This document shows positions 46,526 through 55,047 of a stretch of DNA of 64,000 nucleotides, one piece after another (the first letter of the stretch is position 1; every line of letters starts with the position of its first letter). The DNA is from Candidatus Pacebacteria bacterium CG_4_9_14_0_2_um_filter_40_15. Lineage in GTDB: Bacteria > Patescibacteriota > Microgenomatia > UBA1400 > PJMF01. Location of the stretch: the NCBI GenBank assembly GCA_002788675.1, contig PFRS01000001.1, positions 15,009 through 79,008 on the forward strand, given 5' to 3'. A model generated the notes under the pieces. The model saw only the letters and a list, made by a program, of their open reading frames with translations, had not been told where the DNA came from and did not search any database. The position numbers were made by a program, and so were the translations under genes.

Positions 46526-47131
46526 ATGAACAAATCAAGATTTTTAGTTTTTGTTCTCAGCATGGCGATCGTGCTCACAGTAGCATGCACCGCTAACGAA
46601 GCTGAACCAGTAGCGCAGCTTAATGCTGCGCCGGTAACAAATGTTCCACCAACGCCAACATTCACCATAGATATGTTGGCCTCATATCACCCAAGGACGT
46701 ATTACCTACGTCCTGGTGAAAACTTGTTGAGTGTAGCTGAAATGATAGCTGGCTACACGCCATACGAACCTGAGATTGTAGTGGAAGCCCTAGTTCGGTT
46801 TAATGCCGGCAATCTGGCATATACAGACACAGGTCTCCCAGAATTTGCAAACAACTCGGAACTAGCCTCAGTGCTCATTCCAGACGCACCAGGGATACCG
46901 AGCAACATCCAACTGGGAATTCAAAACCCCCGGAGAAATTGGATGAGTATCACAATTGTGGAAGGTGATACCTTATGCGACCTTGCCCAGGCATATGGGT
47001 TTGGCACCTACCAAGAATTCGCCACAGCAGTAGGCATCAGGAACCCTGATTCATACGTGCTGATGCCCAATAATGTCCTGCACTGGGAGGTCGAAGAGCC
47101 AGCAGAATTTCTAGGCTGGCCACAAAATTGA
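46526..47131 (+). CDS. Putative lipoprotein with LysM-like peptidoglycan-binding repeats
   Basis: Signal peptide plus lipobox (LTVAC), then two LysM-like segments (YYLRPGENLLSVAEMIAGY... and ITIVEGDTLCDLAQAYGFG...). Confidence 0.45.
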   Translation: MNKSRFLVFVLSMAIVLTVACTANEAEPVAQLNAAPVTNVPPTPTFTIDMLASYHPRTYYLRPGENLLSVAEMIAGYTPYEPEIVVEALVRFNAGNLAYTDTGLPEFANNSELASVLIPDAPGIPSNIQLGIQNPRRNWMSITIVEGDTLCDLAQAYGFGTYQEFATAVGIRNPDSYVLMPNNVLHWEVEEPAEFLGWPQN

Positions 47132-47152
47132 ATATCGGTGAGAAATAGTTGA

Positions 47153-47180
47153 AACACCCGTCAGCAATGGCGGGTGTTTT
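47153..47180 (+). terminator. Intrinsic terminator after the LysM lipoprotein gene
   Basis: acacccg-tcagcaatgg-cgggtgt followed by TTTTG. Confidence 0.45.
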
Positions 47181-47207
47181 GCGTTTCTATGCAACGCTAT
47201 ACCCACC

Positions 47208-47237
47208 ACTAAAAAGCCAGGCATCTTGCCTGGCTTT
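47208..47237 (-). terminator. Intrinsic terminator for tsf; it reads as a terminator on both strands
   Basis: aaaagccaggc-atctt-gcctggctttt. Confidence 0.55.
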
Positions 47238-47264
47238 TCTAGTTCAATTTGAAACAATAAGCGA

Positions 47265-47723
47265 TTACTCACCAACAACGTATTTCACAAATCTGTTTAC
47301 AACAAACTTTTCACCAATTTTTCCTGAAAGACCTTTAACAACTTCTTCAACCGTCATTGAAGGATCTTTGATGTAATCTTGTGAGAGAAGCTCTTCAACA
47401 GTTTCTGGCGACATAGCAACAACCTGCATTGCCAAACCTTTAGCCATGGCTTGAAATTCGTCATTGCGAGCAACAAAGTCTGTTTCGCACAGGAGTTCGA
47501 CCATAGATGCGGTCTTACCTGTTGCGTGTACATAACTTGAAATGTACCCTTCTTTTGTTTCGCGATCAGCTTTCTTTTCTGCCCGAGCAAGTCCTTTTTG
47601 ACGAACTATTTCTTTTGCAGCTTCGTAATCACCATTTGAAGAATCGAGGGCCTTTTTACAGTCCATCATTCCAGCACCGGTTTCTTCACGAAGTTTCTTA
47701 ACATCTGAAACTGAGTATGACAT
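47265..47723 (-). CDS. tsf: Elongation factor Ts, short 152-aa form
   Basis: N-terminal UBA-like VKKLREETGAGMMDCKKAL and the core LLCETDFVARNDEF. Confidence 0.75.
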   Translation of the reverse strand: MSYSVSDVKKLREETGAGMMDCKKALDSSNGDYEAAKEIVRQKGLARAEKKADRETKEGYISSYVHATGKTASMVELLCETDFVARNDEFQAMAKGLAMQVVAMSPETVEELLSQDYIKDPSMTVEEVVKGLSGKIGEKFVVNRFVKYVVGE

Positions 47724-47760
47724 AGTTTTCTTTCTATTAACTTGAATTTATACGAGCAGC

Positions 47761-48480
47761 TTACTTAGCAGCTTTTCCTGCCATGTAACCAGCAGCAAAT
47801 TGATCAACGATGAAGCGAATTGACTTCACAGCGTCGTCGTTAGCTGGAATTGGAAGGTCAACTAAATCTGGATCTGCATTCGAGTCGATTAAAGCAACAA
47901 CTGGTACTCCTTCAGCGCGAGCTTCAGTAATAGCAATTATTTCTCTCTTTGGATCAACAACAAACACACAATCAGGAGTTGATTTAACATCTTTTACACC
48001 AAGGAAAAATCTCTCAAGCTTGTTCTGCTCTTTTTCAAGCTGAACACGTTCAAATTTGGTATAGCCATCGTACTTACCATTTTTAAGACCGGTTTCGATC
48101 TCATTCATTTTCTTTATTGATTGCTTAACTTGTTCCCAGTTGGTTAAGAATCCACCGAGCCATCGAGAAACGATATAACTTACACCAGCTTGTTTTGCAG
48201 CACCTGAGACAATCTCACGTGCTTGGCGTTTGGTTCCGACCATAACAACGGTCTTACCTTTTGCACCTAAGTCGTAAGCGAAGTTATATGCTAATTGAAG
48301 TTGTGCAGCAGTTTTTGCTAAATCAAAGATGTGCACGCCATCTTTTTCCATATAGATCCACTCAGCCATGTGAGGGTTCCACTTTGCTTTTTGATGTCCA
48401 AAATGACATCCGGCTTCGAGAAGATCTCGAAGGTCGTAGTCTGGAGCTTTGTTTGGTAGGTCAGCGAAATTTGTATTCAT
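47761..48480 (-). CDS. rpsB: 30S ribosomal protein S2
   Basis: HFGHQKAKWNPHM, GVHIFDL and VVMVGTKRQA, adjacent to tsf (the rpsB-tsf operon). Confidence 0.9.
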   Translation of the reverse strand: MNTNFADLPNKAPDYDLRDLLEAGCHFGHQKAKWNPHMAEWIYMEKDGVHIFDLAKTAAQLQLAYNFAYDLGAKGKTVVMVGTKRQAREIVSGAAKQAGVSYIVSRWLGGFLTNWEQVKQSIKKMNEIETGLKNGKYDGYTKFERVQLEKEQNKLERFFLGVKDVKSTPDCVFVVDPKREIIAITEARAEGVPVVALIDSNADPDLVDLPIPANDDAVKSIRFIVDQFAAGYMAGKAAK

Positions 48481-48635
48481 ATCTGTCCTTTGTTCCCCTT
48501 TCTTAAGGGATGCAGGTATTCGTGAGCAAATTCAGGACGCTTCACGATTCTGCATATATATTAATTACTAGAGGTGTATTGTATCACACCTTATTAAAAA
48601 TTTTCAATCTAATTATTGACGACACTCCCCTTCAG

Positions 48636-49484
48636 CTACTCATCACCCTTGCCAACAAAAATAGCAAGCATGCGAGCAAATAGTGTTTCTTTTTCATCGG
48701 AAGCTTCTGCTTCGAACTGGGGCTTCAACTCTTCAAGTTTTGTAACAACTTGCTCGCGCTGTGGAGCAGTCATTTCAGCAGCCCTTGCCTCAATTTCCTC
48801 GAGAAGAGACATGTCATCAGTTGAATATATAGGAGTCAATCTGGCAGGATTTTTTGCATAGATTTCGCTGAAGTGCTTAGCATTTTCTGCATTCTCAAGA
48901 TCAAATCTATCAACAAAAAAAGTATTTCCTAATTTAATAATATCCATCTGTAGTGTTCCACCTTCAGCTGGCTCTAAATCAACATCAGAATCAATATAAT
49001 AGTGACCATTTGCATCATATGAAATTTCCCAAGGAACTGCCCAACCAATCTGACCAGACTCCATCTGTGCAAGACTTCCCTCATACCTCACATAATCGCC
49101 TGTTCTGGTATCAACAATTTCACCAGCGTCTTCAGACTCAGATCTAGAAGCTCTTGTCATAGGGGTGCGTTCAGTCTGAATCTCATCTACGTCAGTTTGC
49201 GCGACAGGTCTTTTATCACGCATTTGAGTAGCTGTTGCATCATCATATTCTGGCTTTCTTTTCGTGTACTCACTTGAACTAGTTGAGTAGGGACTACCAT
49301 CACTACCATGCAAAGTTGTACGAATTATAGATCCTGCGGCAGAATATGGGTTGTTTATAATACCGGTTGCATACCCCATCGCTAATTCCATTGAATGTGA
49401 TCGTTCCATGTGCATCTCTCCTGCTTGTTTCAATTTTTCCCTGTATTTCCGCTCTTTCGAGGATTTTTCACTTAATAATCTCAC
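48636..49484 (-). CDS. Hypothetical protein
   Basis: Long ORF with no recognised motif; the start is uncertain. Confidence 0.4.
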   Translation of the reverse strand: MRLLSEKSSKERKYREKLKQAGEMHMERSHSMELAMGYATGIINNPYSAAGSIIRTTLHGSDGSPYSTSSSEYTKRKPEYDDATATQMRDKRPVAQTDVDEIQTERTPMTRASRSESEDAGEIVDTRTGDYVRYEGSLAQMESGQIGWAVPWEISYDANGHYYIDSDVDLEPAEGGTLQMDIIKLGNTFFVDRFDLENAENAKHFSEIYAKNPARLTPIYSTDDMSLLEEIEARAAEMTAPQREQVVTKLEELKPQFEAEASDEKETLFARMLAIFVGKGDE

Positions 49485-49508
49485 GATTATATTAGTATAT
49501 TTACTCTA

Positions 49509-50477
49509 TCATAGCTCTTTGTGTTTTACCAAAAAGACTGCATTCTGCAACAGACTCACAATGGTAAGTGGGCCAACTCCCCCAGGAACTGGCGTAATGA
49601 AACTCACTTTTCCAGATGAAATAACTGATTCTAAGTCGACATCAGGCTGTGGCTCTCCCACATCAATCAGAGCAGTCCCCTCGCCTAACAATTTTTCTGT
49701 AATAAGTCCAGAAACTCCTGTGGCTGAAACAATAATATCTGACTGAGTCAAACCAGCTCCGGCTTCAATTTTTTCCTGTAACTCTGTTCTTCCAAGCAAT
49801 TCACACATCACTCCCCTTCTCTTCAACTCGAAGTACAAAGGCGTTCCAAGCAAATCTGATTTACCAATAATACTAATGTTATAGGAAGAGAGTGGTTTTT
49901 GGTTTTGCTGTGAAAAGTCGTCCAAAATAGTTAAAACTGCTTGGGCGGTAGCTGGCAACACTCTGCCCTGATCTTGCCAATTGCCATGCTTAATAGCAGC
50001 CAATGACTCGGGATGTAGTCCGTCGACATCTTTTTGGACTGAAAGTGCTGAAACGAGTGAAGTCCACCAGGTGGCATACTCTTTTGCAGAAGCTGTACTA
50101 CCTTGTAATTTTTGCCAGGTTTTGCGCCATGGTTTCTGAATTATGATGCCAGTAATACTGTCATCGCCATTAAGCTGATTAATTTTTGCTTGCACAGTCT
50201 CGACTGAATCAATCAGCGAAAACTCATACACGCGGTAAGAAATGCCAGAACGCGCAGCGGCTTCACCTTTAAGGCGCGTATACAAACGACTGCCGCTATC
50301 CTCGGTGAACAAAATTGCGGCAATAGTTAGGTTCACGCCCTTTTCAAACAAGGCTTTCACTTCACGCTGCACACCTTTTTCTAGTTCCTGTGCTCGCTGG
50401 TTTCCATCGTAAATATACATAAGAACCCTATTATACCAGCAATCTTGAGGTATGAGTAGACCTATAAGTATTGACAA
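49509..50477 (-). CDS. folD: Bifunctional methylene-THF dehydrogenase / methenyl-THF cyclohydrolase (FolD-like) with an internal insertion
   Basis: KDVDGLHP, IIGKSDLLGTPL and the C-terminal GTALIDVG Rossmann segment, in FolD order. Confidence 0.65.
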   Translation of the reverse strand: MSILIGLLIPQDCWYNRVLMYIYDGNQRAQELEKGVQREVKALFEKGVNLTIAAILFTEDSGSRLYTRLKGEAAARSGISYRVYEFSLIDSVETVQAKINQLNGDDSITGIIIQKPWRKTWQKLQGSTASAKEYATWWTSLVSALSVQKDVDGLHPESLAAIKHGNWQDQGRVLPATAQAVLTILDDFSQQNQKPLSSYNISIIGKSDLLGTPLYFELKRRGVMCELLGRTELQEKIEAGAGLTQSDIIVSATGVSGLITEKLLGEGTALIDVGEPQPDVDLESVISSGKVSFITPVPGGVGPLTIVSLLQNAVFLVKHKEL

Positions 50478-50562
50478 TAAGGCTAAAATAGGCTACAATC
50501 CTCCTACTTCTGTTGCGGCTGACTCTAAACGCCAAATCAGCAGATCTTTAACAATCAATTAT

Positions 50563-50826
50563 GTAGAGAGCAAGGTGTGTGTGACTGCCCTGCACTTGTG
50601 CAGCGACCTGTCGCGCTCACCTACACTCTCTACGATGTTATATATTTTTACTTTCTTTTGAGTTGTTCGCTTTTGGCGCGCAGTGCCTTTTCCACAAAGG
50701 TGCTGCGCGCCATCAGTGAGCACACAATACAAAGGAGGTGAAAAACCAAAATTGTGCTTACACTAAATTACCAACTCACCTTAGGTGGCAGAGTTGGAAA
50801 CAGTCGACTGTTTGCAAGCTTTTTTT
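50563..50826 (+). promoter_or_regulatory. Highly structured non-coding leader upstream of the orphan gene. It contains a 71-nt imperfect hairpin, a 13-bp GC stem-loop, an orphan perfect SD (AAGGAGGTGA) with no usable start codon, a 7-bp hairpin, and an intrinsic terminator (aaacagtcgactgttt followed by a U-run).
   Basis: Inverted repeats read directly: 50563-50570/50626-50633, 50675-50687/50699-50711, 50771-50777/50791-50797, the palindrome 50798-50813 and the T-run 50820-50826. No ORF longer than 8 codons starts after the SD, apart from the in-frame read-through frame. Confidence 0.45.
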
Positions 50827-50884
50827 ACTTTTTTTCGATAACCACACATATTCCTCATCAAAATTTTTTGATGAGAAAACCTTT

Positions 50885-52387
50885 ATGGAGAAAATGATGA
50901 CTACTGAAAAAACTTTTGTTCAACTGTTAGCCGAAGATATGGGCGAAAAAAATGTCCCCGCTATTGTTGTTGAAAAACTGGAAGCCGGTGGATACGATTC
51001 TGTCCAGGTGCTACAAGAAAATCCGACAACCAAAGATGAATTTTTGGCGATGGAAGTTCCTATGCTCTGGGCGAAAAAATTGGCGGCCAAGTATGGCCCT
51101 CAAGAATCCCCGGTTCCTGTCCTGGTGCCAACGCCTGCGCCAACCGATCTCACCGATCTTGATGCTCTCATCGTAGATCAAAAGGTCGCAGAATTCTCGT
51201 GGACCCGCATCAAAACCCTGCAACGGTCTATGGTGACGACGTTGGTACAGAACTTCTTTGCCGACACCACCAGCACGACCTCAACCGGGTACCGCTTCAT
51301 GGAAGCAATGCGGACCAATACTCAACGTCCTGTGATTGCCAAAGTCCGTGGGCAAGTGAATCAAATCGCCACAGAAGTATTAGTTTGGCGCCTGATCCAA
51401 GGAACGGCCGTGATCAACGGTGATATCTTCGAATTGTCGCCGACCGAAAAATTTGTGGTTTGTGACCTTTCGGAAGTTAACACCAAAATGTTGAAGCGCG
51501 ATGTCATGTCCCCCACAGGCGGCACTCTGCCAGTTGGCGCAATGAAAAACTCATACGGGGTCACTCTGTATGACGCTGAAGGTGGTTTTGTTTTACCCGA
51601 GGCAGTACAGCAGTTTCTTGCTCTTGCCTTCAACAAAAACGAGATCAATGATCTGCTCATGCGCCAAATGGCTCGTGACTGGCGCGGCCGTGAATCCGAA
51701 GTTACTGTTGAGGAGTTGCAGTATGAGTTCCCCAAAACTTGGGAAGAAGTCACTCTGCGCGACGTTGAACAATATCCCCCCTTGGAAGTCAAGGAGGGTG
51801 AGAATCGCCCCCCTTTCGGCAACGGAGTCGTCGTTAATAACGACTTCGACCAAAGACTCCCCGGCTTATGGGCAGAAATTGAACAAAACATCCAAATCGG
51901 TCCCATGGTGAGTTTTGACGTGGACAACGAAATGTTTTACGCCAAAGCAGAACAACTTAGGGTGGGTGGTGTTCAAATCAACATCAGACGAGAAGGAAGC
52001 CGAGAAAATGTCACATTTACTGCAAAGGATGCTGAATCTTTTGGTTTTTCAATCGAGTGGTTTGGACTGAGCGCCCGTGAGGGAACCAAGATGGTGATCA
52101 ATCTCCATCGGACCGTCATGGCCCAAGTCAGTACTCCTGCTTCAAACAGCAGTGGTCTACCTTCTCCGACTCTAATCCGAGACGAGGTTATTCGCCTCTA
52201 CGATGACGGAGAACTGCGGACCCTGTGCATGGATCTTGGCATTGATTATGAAGACTTAGCAGGTGACCGCAAAAGTGGCAAAGCACAAGACCTGGTCGCT
52301 TACATGCAACGTCAAGAGCGTTTATCTGAACTGGTAAACACAATCAAACGTCAGCGCCCCCACGCAAAATGGGAAATGCACCTCTAA
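50885..52387 (+). CDS. Orphan hypothetical protein of about 500 aa, GC-rich relative to its neighbours, with a C-terminal helical domain showing an effector-associated/death-like pattern. The start is set at the first ATG after the leader terminator.
   Basis: About 52% GC against about 42% locally, with its own leader and its own terminator. The C-terminus is LRTLCMDLGIDYEDLAGDRKSGKAQDLVAYMQRQERLSELVNTIKRQRP. Confidence 0.5.
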   Translation: MEKMMTTEKTFVQLLAEDMGEKNVPAIVVEKLEAGGYDSVQVLQENPTTKDEFLAMEVPMLWAKKLAAKYGPQESPVPVLVPTPAPTDLTDLDALIVDQKVAEFSWTRIKTLQRSMVTTLVQNFFADTTSTTSTGYRFMEAMRTNTQRPVIAKVRGQVNQIATEVLVWRLIQGTAVINGDIFELSPTEKFVVCDLSEVNTKMLKRDVMSPTGGTLPVGAMKNSYGVTLYDAEGGFVLPEAVQQFLALAFNKNEINDLLMRQMARDWRGRESEVTVEELQYEFPKTWEEVTLRDVEQYPPLEVKEGENRPPFGNGVVVNNDFDQRLPGLWAEIEQNIQIGPMVSFDVDNEMFYAKAEQLRVGGVQINIRREGSRENVTFTAKDAESFGFSIEWFGLSAREGTKMVINLHRTVMAQVSTPASNSSGLPSPTLIRDEVIRLYDDGELRTLCMDLGIDYEDLAGDRKSGKAQDLVAYMQRQERLSELVNTIKRQRPHAKWEMHL

Positions 52388-52408
52388 TAACATCGTAGAA
52401 ACCTAACT

Positions 52409-52441
52409 AAAAGCCCGGTGCTTCACGTACCGGGCTTTTTT
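52409..52441. terminator. Bidirectional intrinsic terminator between the orphan gene (+) and nfo (-)
   Basis: aaagcccggt-gcttcacgt-accgggcttt followed by TTTT. Confidence 0.65.
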
Positions 52442-52471
52442 GCGTCAATTTTCAAAAAATAAGCATCTCCC

Positions 52472-53296
52472 CTACTCCACATACCCCTTCAAAACCTCAA
52501 CATTAGCAGCATCCGGCCCATTGCCATCAAGCCCAGGCACTTCAATTACCAACGGAATATCTAACACCTCTGGCAAATTCAAAAAATGCCTAAAATTATC
52601 GACTCCAATATTCCCCTGCCCCAGGTTATCATGGCGATCCCGCCCGCTATCAAAGTCATCGCGGCTATCGTTAACGTGAATACATTTTAAGTGCTCCCAC
52701 AAACCAAGACGAGTAATTTCATCGCCAGCAGTCATCAGACTATAGCCTGCTGCATGCGCATGACAAGTATCAAAGCACCACCCCAACTGTGGGGACGAAA
52801 TTTCCTCAATTAACCAAGCAATTTCAGCTAAATCACTACACAGCTTGCCTTTTTGCCCAGCGCTGTTCTCAATCAAAAAAGTTGCATCATCGGGACTCTC
52901 AGCAATGATCTCGCGAATAGCAGCAGCAACACCCTCGCGCACTGCTTCCCACCCAGCACCCAAATGACTTCCTAAGTGCACCACGATACCCGAACCACCA
53001 ATTTTGCTATCAAACGCCATGTCGTACTTTAAGACCCGTAAAGACTTCTCTAAGAGTTCGGGATTAGGAGAGGCCAAATTAATAAGGTAGAGCGAATGAG
53101 TAAAGACTGGTCCAAAATGAGATTCAACGCGAAGTGAAGACATTTTGCTCACAGACACTTCTGCCAAATCTTTTCGCTTCCAGACCCTTGGGCTGCCACT
53201 AAAGAGTTGTAGGCAGTTACACCCGATAGCCTTTGCCCTTTCTACGGCCTTTTCGAGGCCTCCACTTGCTGAAACGTGTGCACCAATGTATCGCAT
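52472..53296 (-). CDS. nfo: Endonuclease IV (AP endonuclease family 2)
   Basis: MRYIGAHVSASGGL N-terminus and the TIM-barrel metal-ligand His/Glu/Asp pattern; 274 aa. Confidence 0.85.
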   Translation of the reverse strand: MRYIGAHVSASGGLEKAVERAKAIGCNCLQLFSGSPRVWKRKDLAEVSVSKMSSLRVESHFGPVFTHSLYLINLASPNPELLEKSLRVLKYDMAFDSKIGGSGIVVHLGSHLGAGWEAVREGVAAAIREIIAESPDDATFLIENSAGQKGKLCSDLAEIAWLIEEISSPQLGWCFDTCHAHAAGYSLMTAGDEITRLGLWEHLKCIHVNDSRDDFDSGRDRHDNLGQGNIGVDNFRHFLNLPEVLDIPLVIEVPGLDGNGPDAANVEVLKGYVE

Positions 53297-53496
53297 AATC
53301 TTCTCCTTTTATTTTTTATCGTACCACATTCATTGTGACACGCTGTTTAACGAATAAAAGAAAGAGGTAAACTGCAAGTATGGCATACTCTTTTGCACAA
53401 AAACATCCTATAATTATTGACATATACTTGAGAAAATGCTAAAATAGTGCGTTGTTTAAAATCTTTTTTTAATATATTAGCTCTCATTTTTGAAAA

Positions 53497-53811
53497 ATGG
53501 GAACTAAAAGGAGTAGAAACATGATCAAGAAGGTGACAACTTGGCTCACCTATCTGCTAGTTTGGGCTGCACTCCTGGCAGCCAACTCCAGCTTTATTTT
53601 TGCCTTTGGTTTATTCCTCATATTTTTTTCAGTATTAAAATGGGGACCACAGTTATTTTCAGGCAGCGAGACTGAAACCCGAGGTTTGCTCCTTTTGTTT
53701 ATAGGAGTCATATGCCTTTCAGCAGCAAACGTATCCAATTTGTATTGGGTAACGTTTGTAGTCTGCATATTTATCGCAGGCAGAAAAGAAAACGAGGAAA
53801 AAGAAAAATAG
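53497..53811 (+). CDS. Small membrane protein of unknown function; the start is possibly the ATG at 53521
   Basis: Three hydrophobic helices, followed by a terminator. Confidence 0.4.
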   Translation: MGTKRSRNMIKKVTTWLTYLLVWAALLAANSSFIFAFGLFLIFFSVLKWGPQLFSGSETETRGLLLLFIGVICLSAANVSNLYWVTFVVCIFIAGRKENEEKEK

Positions 53812-53821
53812 CAACAAACGT

Positions 53822-53851
53822 AAGGGCAGCACAACGCTGCCCTTTTCTTTT
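53822..53851 (+). terminator. Intrinsic terminator
   Basis: aagggcagc-acaac-gctgccctt followed by TTTTCTTTT. Confidence 0.6.
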
Positions 53852-53873
53852 ACCTCCTGGTATACTACCAGGG

Positions 53874-54575
53874 ATGCAATCCGCCAAACTAAAAAACTTC
53901 ACCGTCCACTATCATAACTCAGAAGAATATCATCTCCTCAAGCGTGAGATTTTTTCGCACGACGAATACTACTTCGAGACTGACAATCCTGCACCAGTTA
54001 TTATCGACGCCGGAGCTCACATTGGCCTAAGTACCCTCTACTTCAAGTCACTCTACCCAAATGCCAAAATTATTGCCATCGAACCCAATCCACAATTGTT
54101 TGAAATTCTCGAAAAAAATATCTGGGAAAACCAGTTGCAAGATGTGACCGCCGTTAATGGCGCACTCGATGCAGAACGTGGCAGGACTGAGCTCTTTGTC
54201 GATTCAACAAAAAATGAGTGGTGGTCGACAGGAAGCTTCACCAAAGGAGCCTGGACCAAGCAGCAAGAGTCGGAGCCAATCGAAGTCGAGACCTGGCCCC
54301 TTTCAGAATTCATCACTCAACCTATCGATCTCCTTAAAATGGATATTGAAGGCGCCGAACAAGCTGTCCTTGAAGGTAGTGAAGAAGCGCTTAGCCAAGT
54401 TAAACAAATCGTGATGGAATATCACTCAGTTAAAAAACAAAACCTCTTCTATCTTTCTGAAATGCTGATTCAAAATGGTTTCAGACTCGAGTATGGCCAA
54501 GATGGTAAAACCATTACTAAGTTCAACATCAAACAATCAAAAGGCTTAATTAGCGTACACGCTTGGCGGAAATAA
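53874..54575 (+). CDS. FkbM-family methyltransferase. The start is trimmed to the ATG at 53874, downstream of the terminator.
   Basis: VIIDAGAHIGLSTLYFKSLYPNAKIIAIEPNP (SAM-binding motif I, FkbM type). Confidence 0.6.
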   Translation: MQSAKLKNFTVHYHNSEEYHLLKREIFSHDEYYFETDNPAPVIIDAGAHIGLSTLYFKSLYPNAKIIAIEPNPQLFEILEKNIWENQLQDVTAVNGALDAERGRTELFVDSTKNEWWSTGSFTKGAWTKQQESEPIEVETWPLSEFITQPIDLLKMDIEGAEQAVLEGSEEALSQVKQIVMEYHSVKKQNLFYLSEMLIQNGFRLEYGQDGKTITKFNIKQSKGLISVHAWRK

Positions 54576-55011
54576 TGTGCTCGTGCACATTACTTCTCTC
54601 AAAATCCTCAAGCTGCCAAACAGTCACCGCATCCCGCTCACTATCCTTAAATTTTAAGGCATGCAAAAAGTGTGGTGCACCGGCCTCAACGGCAATACAC
54701 ACCGACATGTGGAGAAACTTAGGGTCAAAATTGTCTGGTCTCTGATAGGTAAACAAAATATCACCAGGACGCCAGCCATCAACCTCTGGATCAATCGGAA
54801 AAGTAAAGTCAGTATCTTCGTACAACTCTTTGGAGCGCATGTCTTTTGGCAATCCATACCCCAACTCTTCTAAAGCTATATGGGCAAGTAACTGACAATT
54901 CAAACCCACCTCAAAGATATGCTCTGCCCGCTCTATGAGCGGGCCAGAGTTGAAGTCATACTTTACACCGGAAAATAAACTTGTAATTTCTTCAAGTACT
55001 TCTCGAGACAT
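54550..55011 (-). CDS. Possible NlpC/P60-like cysteine hydrolase
   Basis: A Cys (LNCQLL) and then His residues (GDILF...HMSVCIA...H) in NlpC/P60 order. This is weak. Confidence 0.3.
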   Translation of the reverse strand: MSREVLEEITSLFSGVKYDFNSGPLIERAEHIFEVGLNCQLLAHIALEELGYGLPKDMRSKELYEDTDFTFPIDPEVDGWRPGDILFTYQRPDNFDPKFLHMSVCIAVEAGAPHFLHALKFKDSERDAVTVWQLEDFERSNVHEHIISAKRVR

Positions 55012-55047
55012 TCTGTCCTCAATGCGTTCACAGTGAACCCTTACTAC

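Noticed and set aside
50771-50826. T-box riboswitch, suggested by the TTAGGTGGCA stretch resembling the T-box AGGGTGGTACC motif
   Set aside because: No complementary CCUAA strand that could form an antiterminator, no specifier-loop or K-turn features, and the downstream gene is not an aminoacyl-tRNA synthetase or transporter.
50738-50884. Extending the orphan gene to the ORF-track start at 50738
   Set aside because: That GTG sits inside the SD-like sequence itself. The frame also runs through two hairpins and the intrinsic terminator, so the ATG at 50885 is more plausible.
53712-53873. ORF-track start of the FkbM methyltransferase at 53712
   Set aside because: That frame overlaps the preceding membrane-protein gene and reads through its intrinsic terminator (53822-53851). 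The ATG at 53874 follows the terminator.
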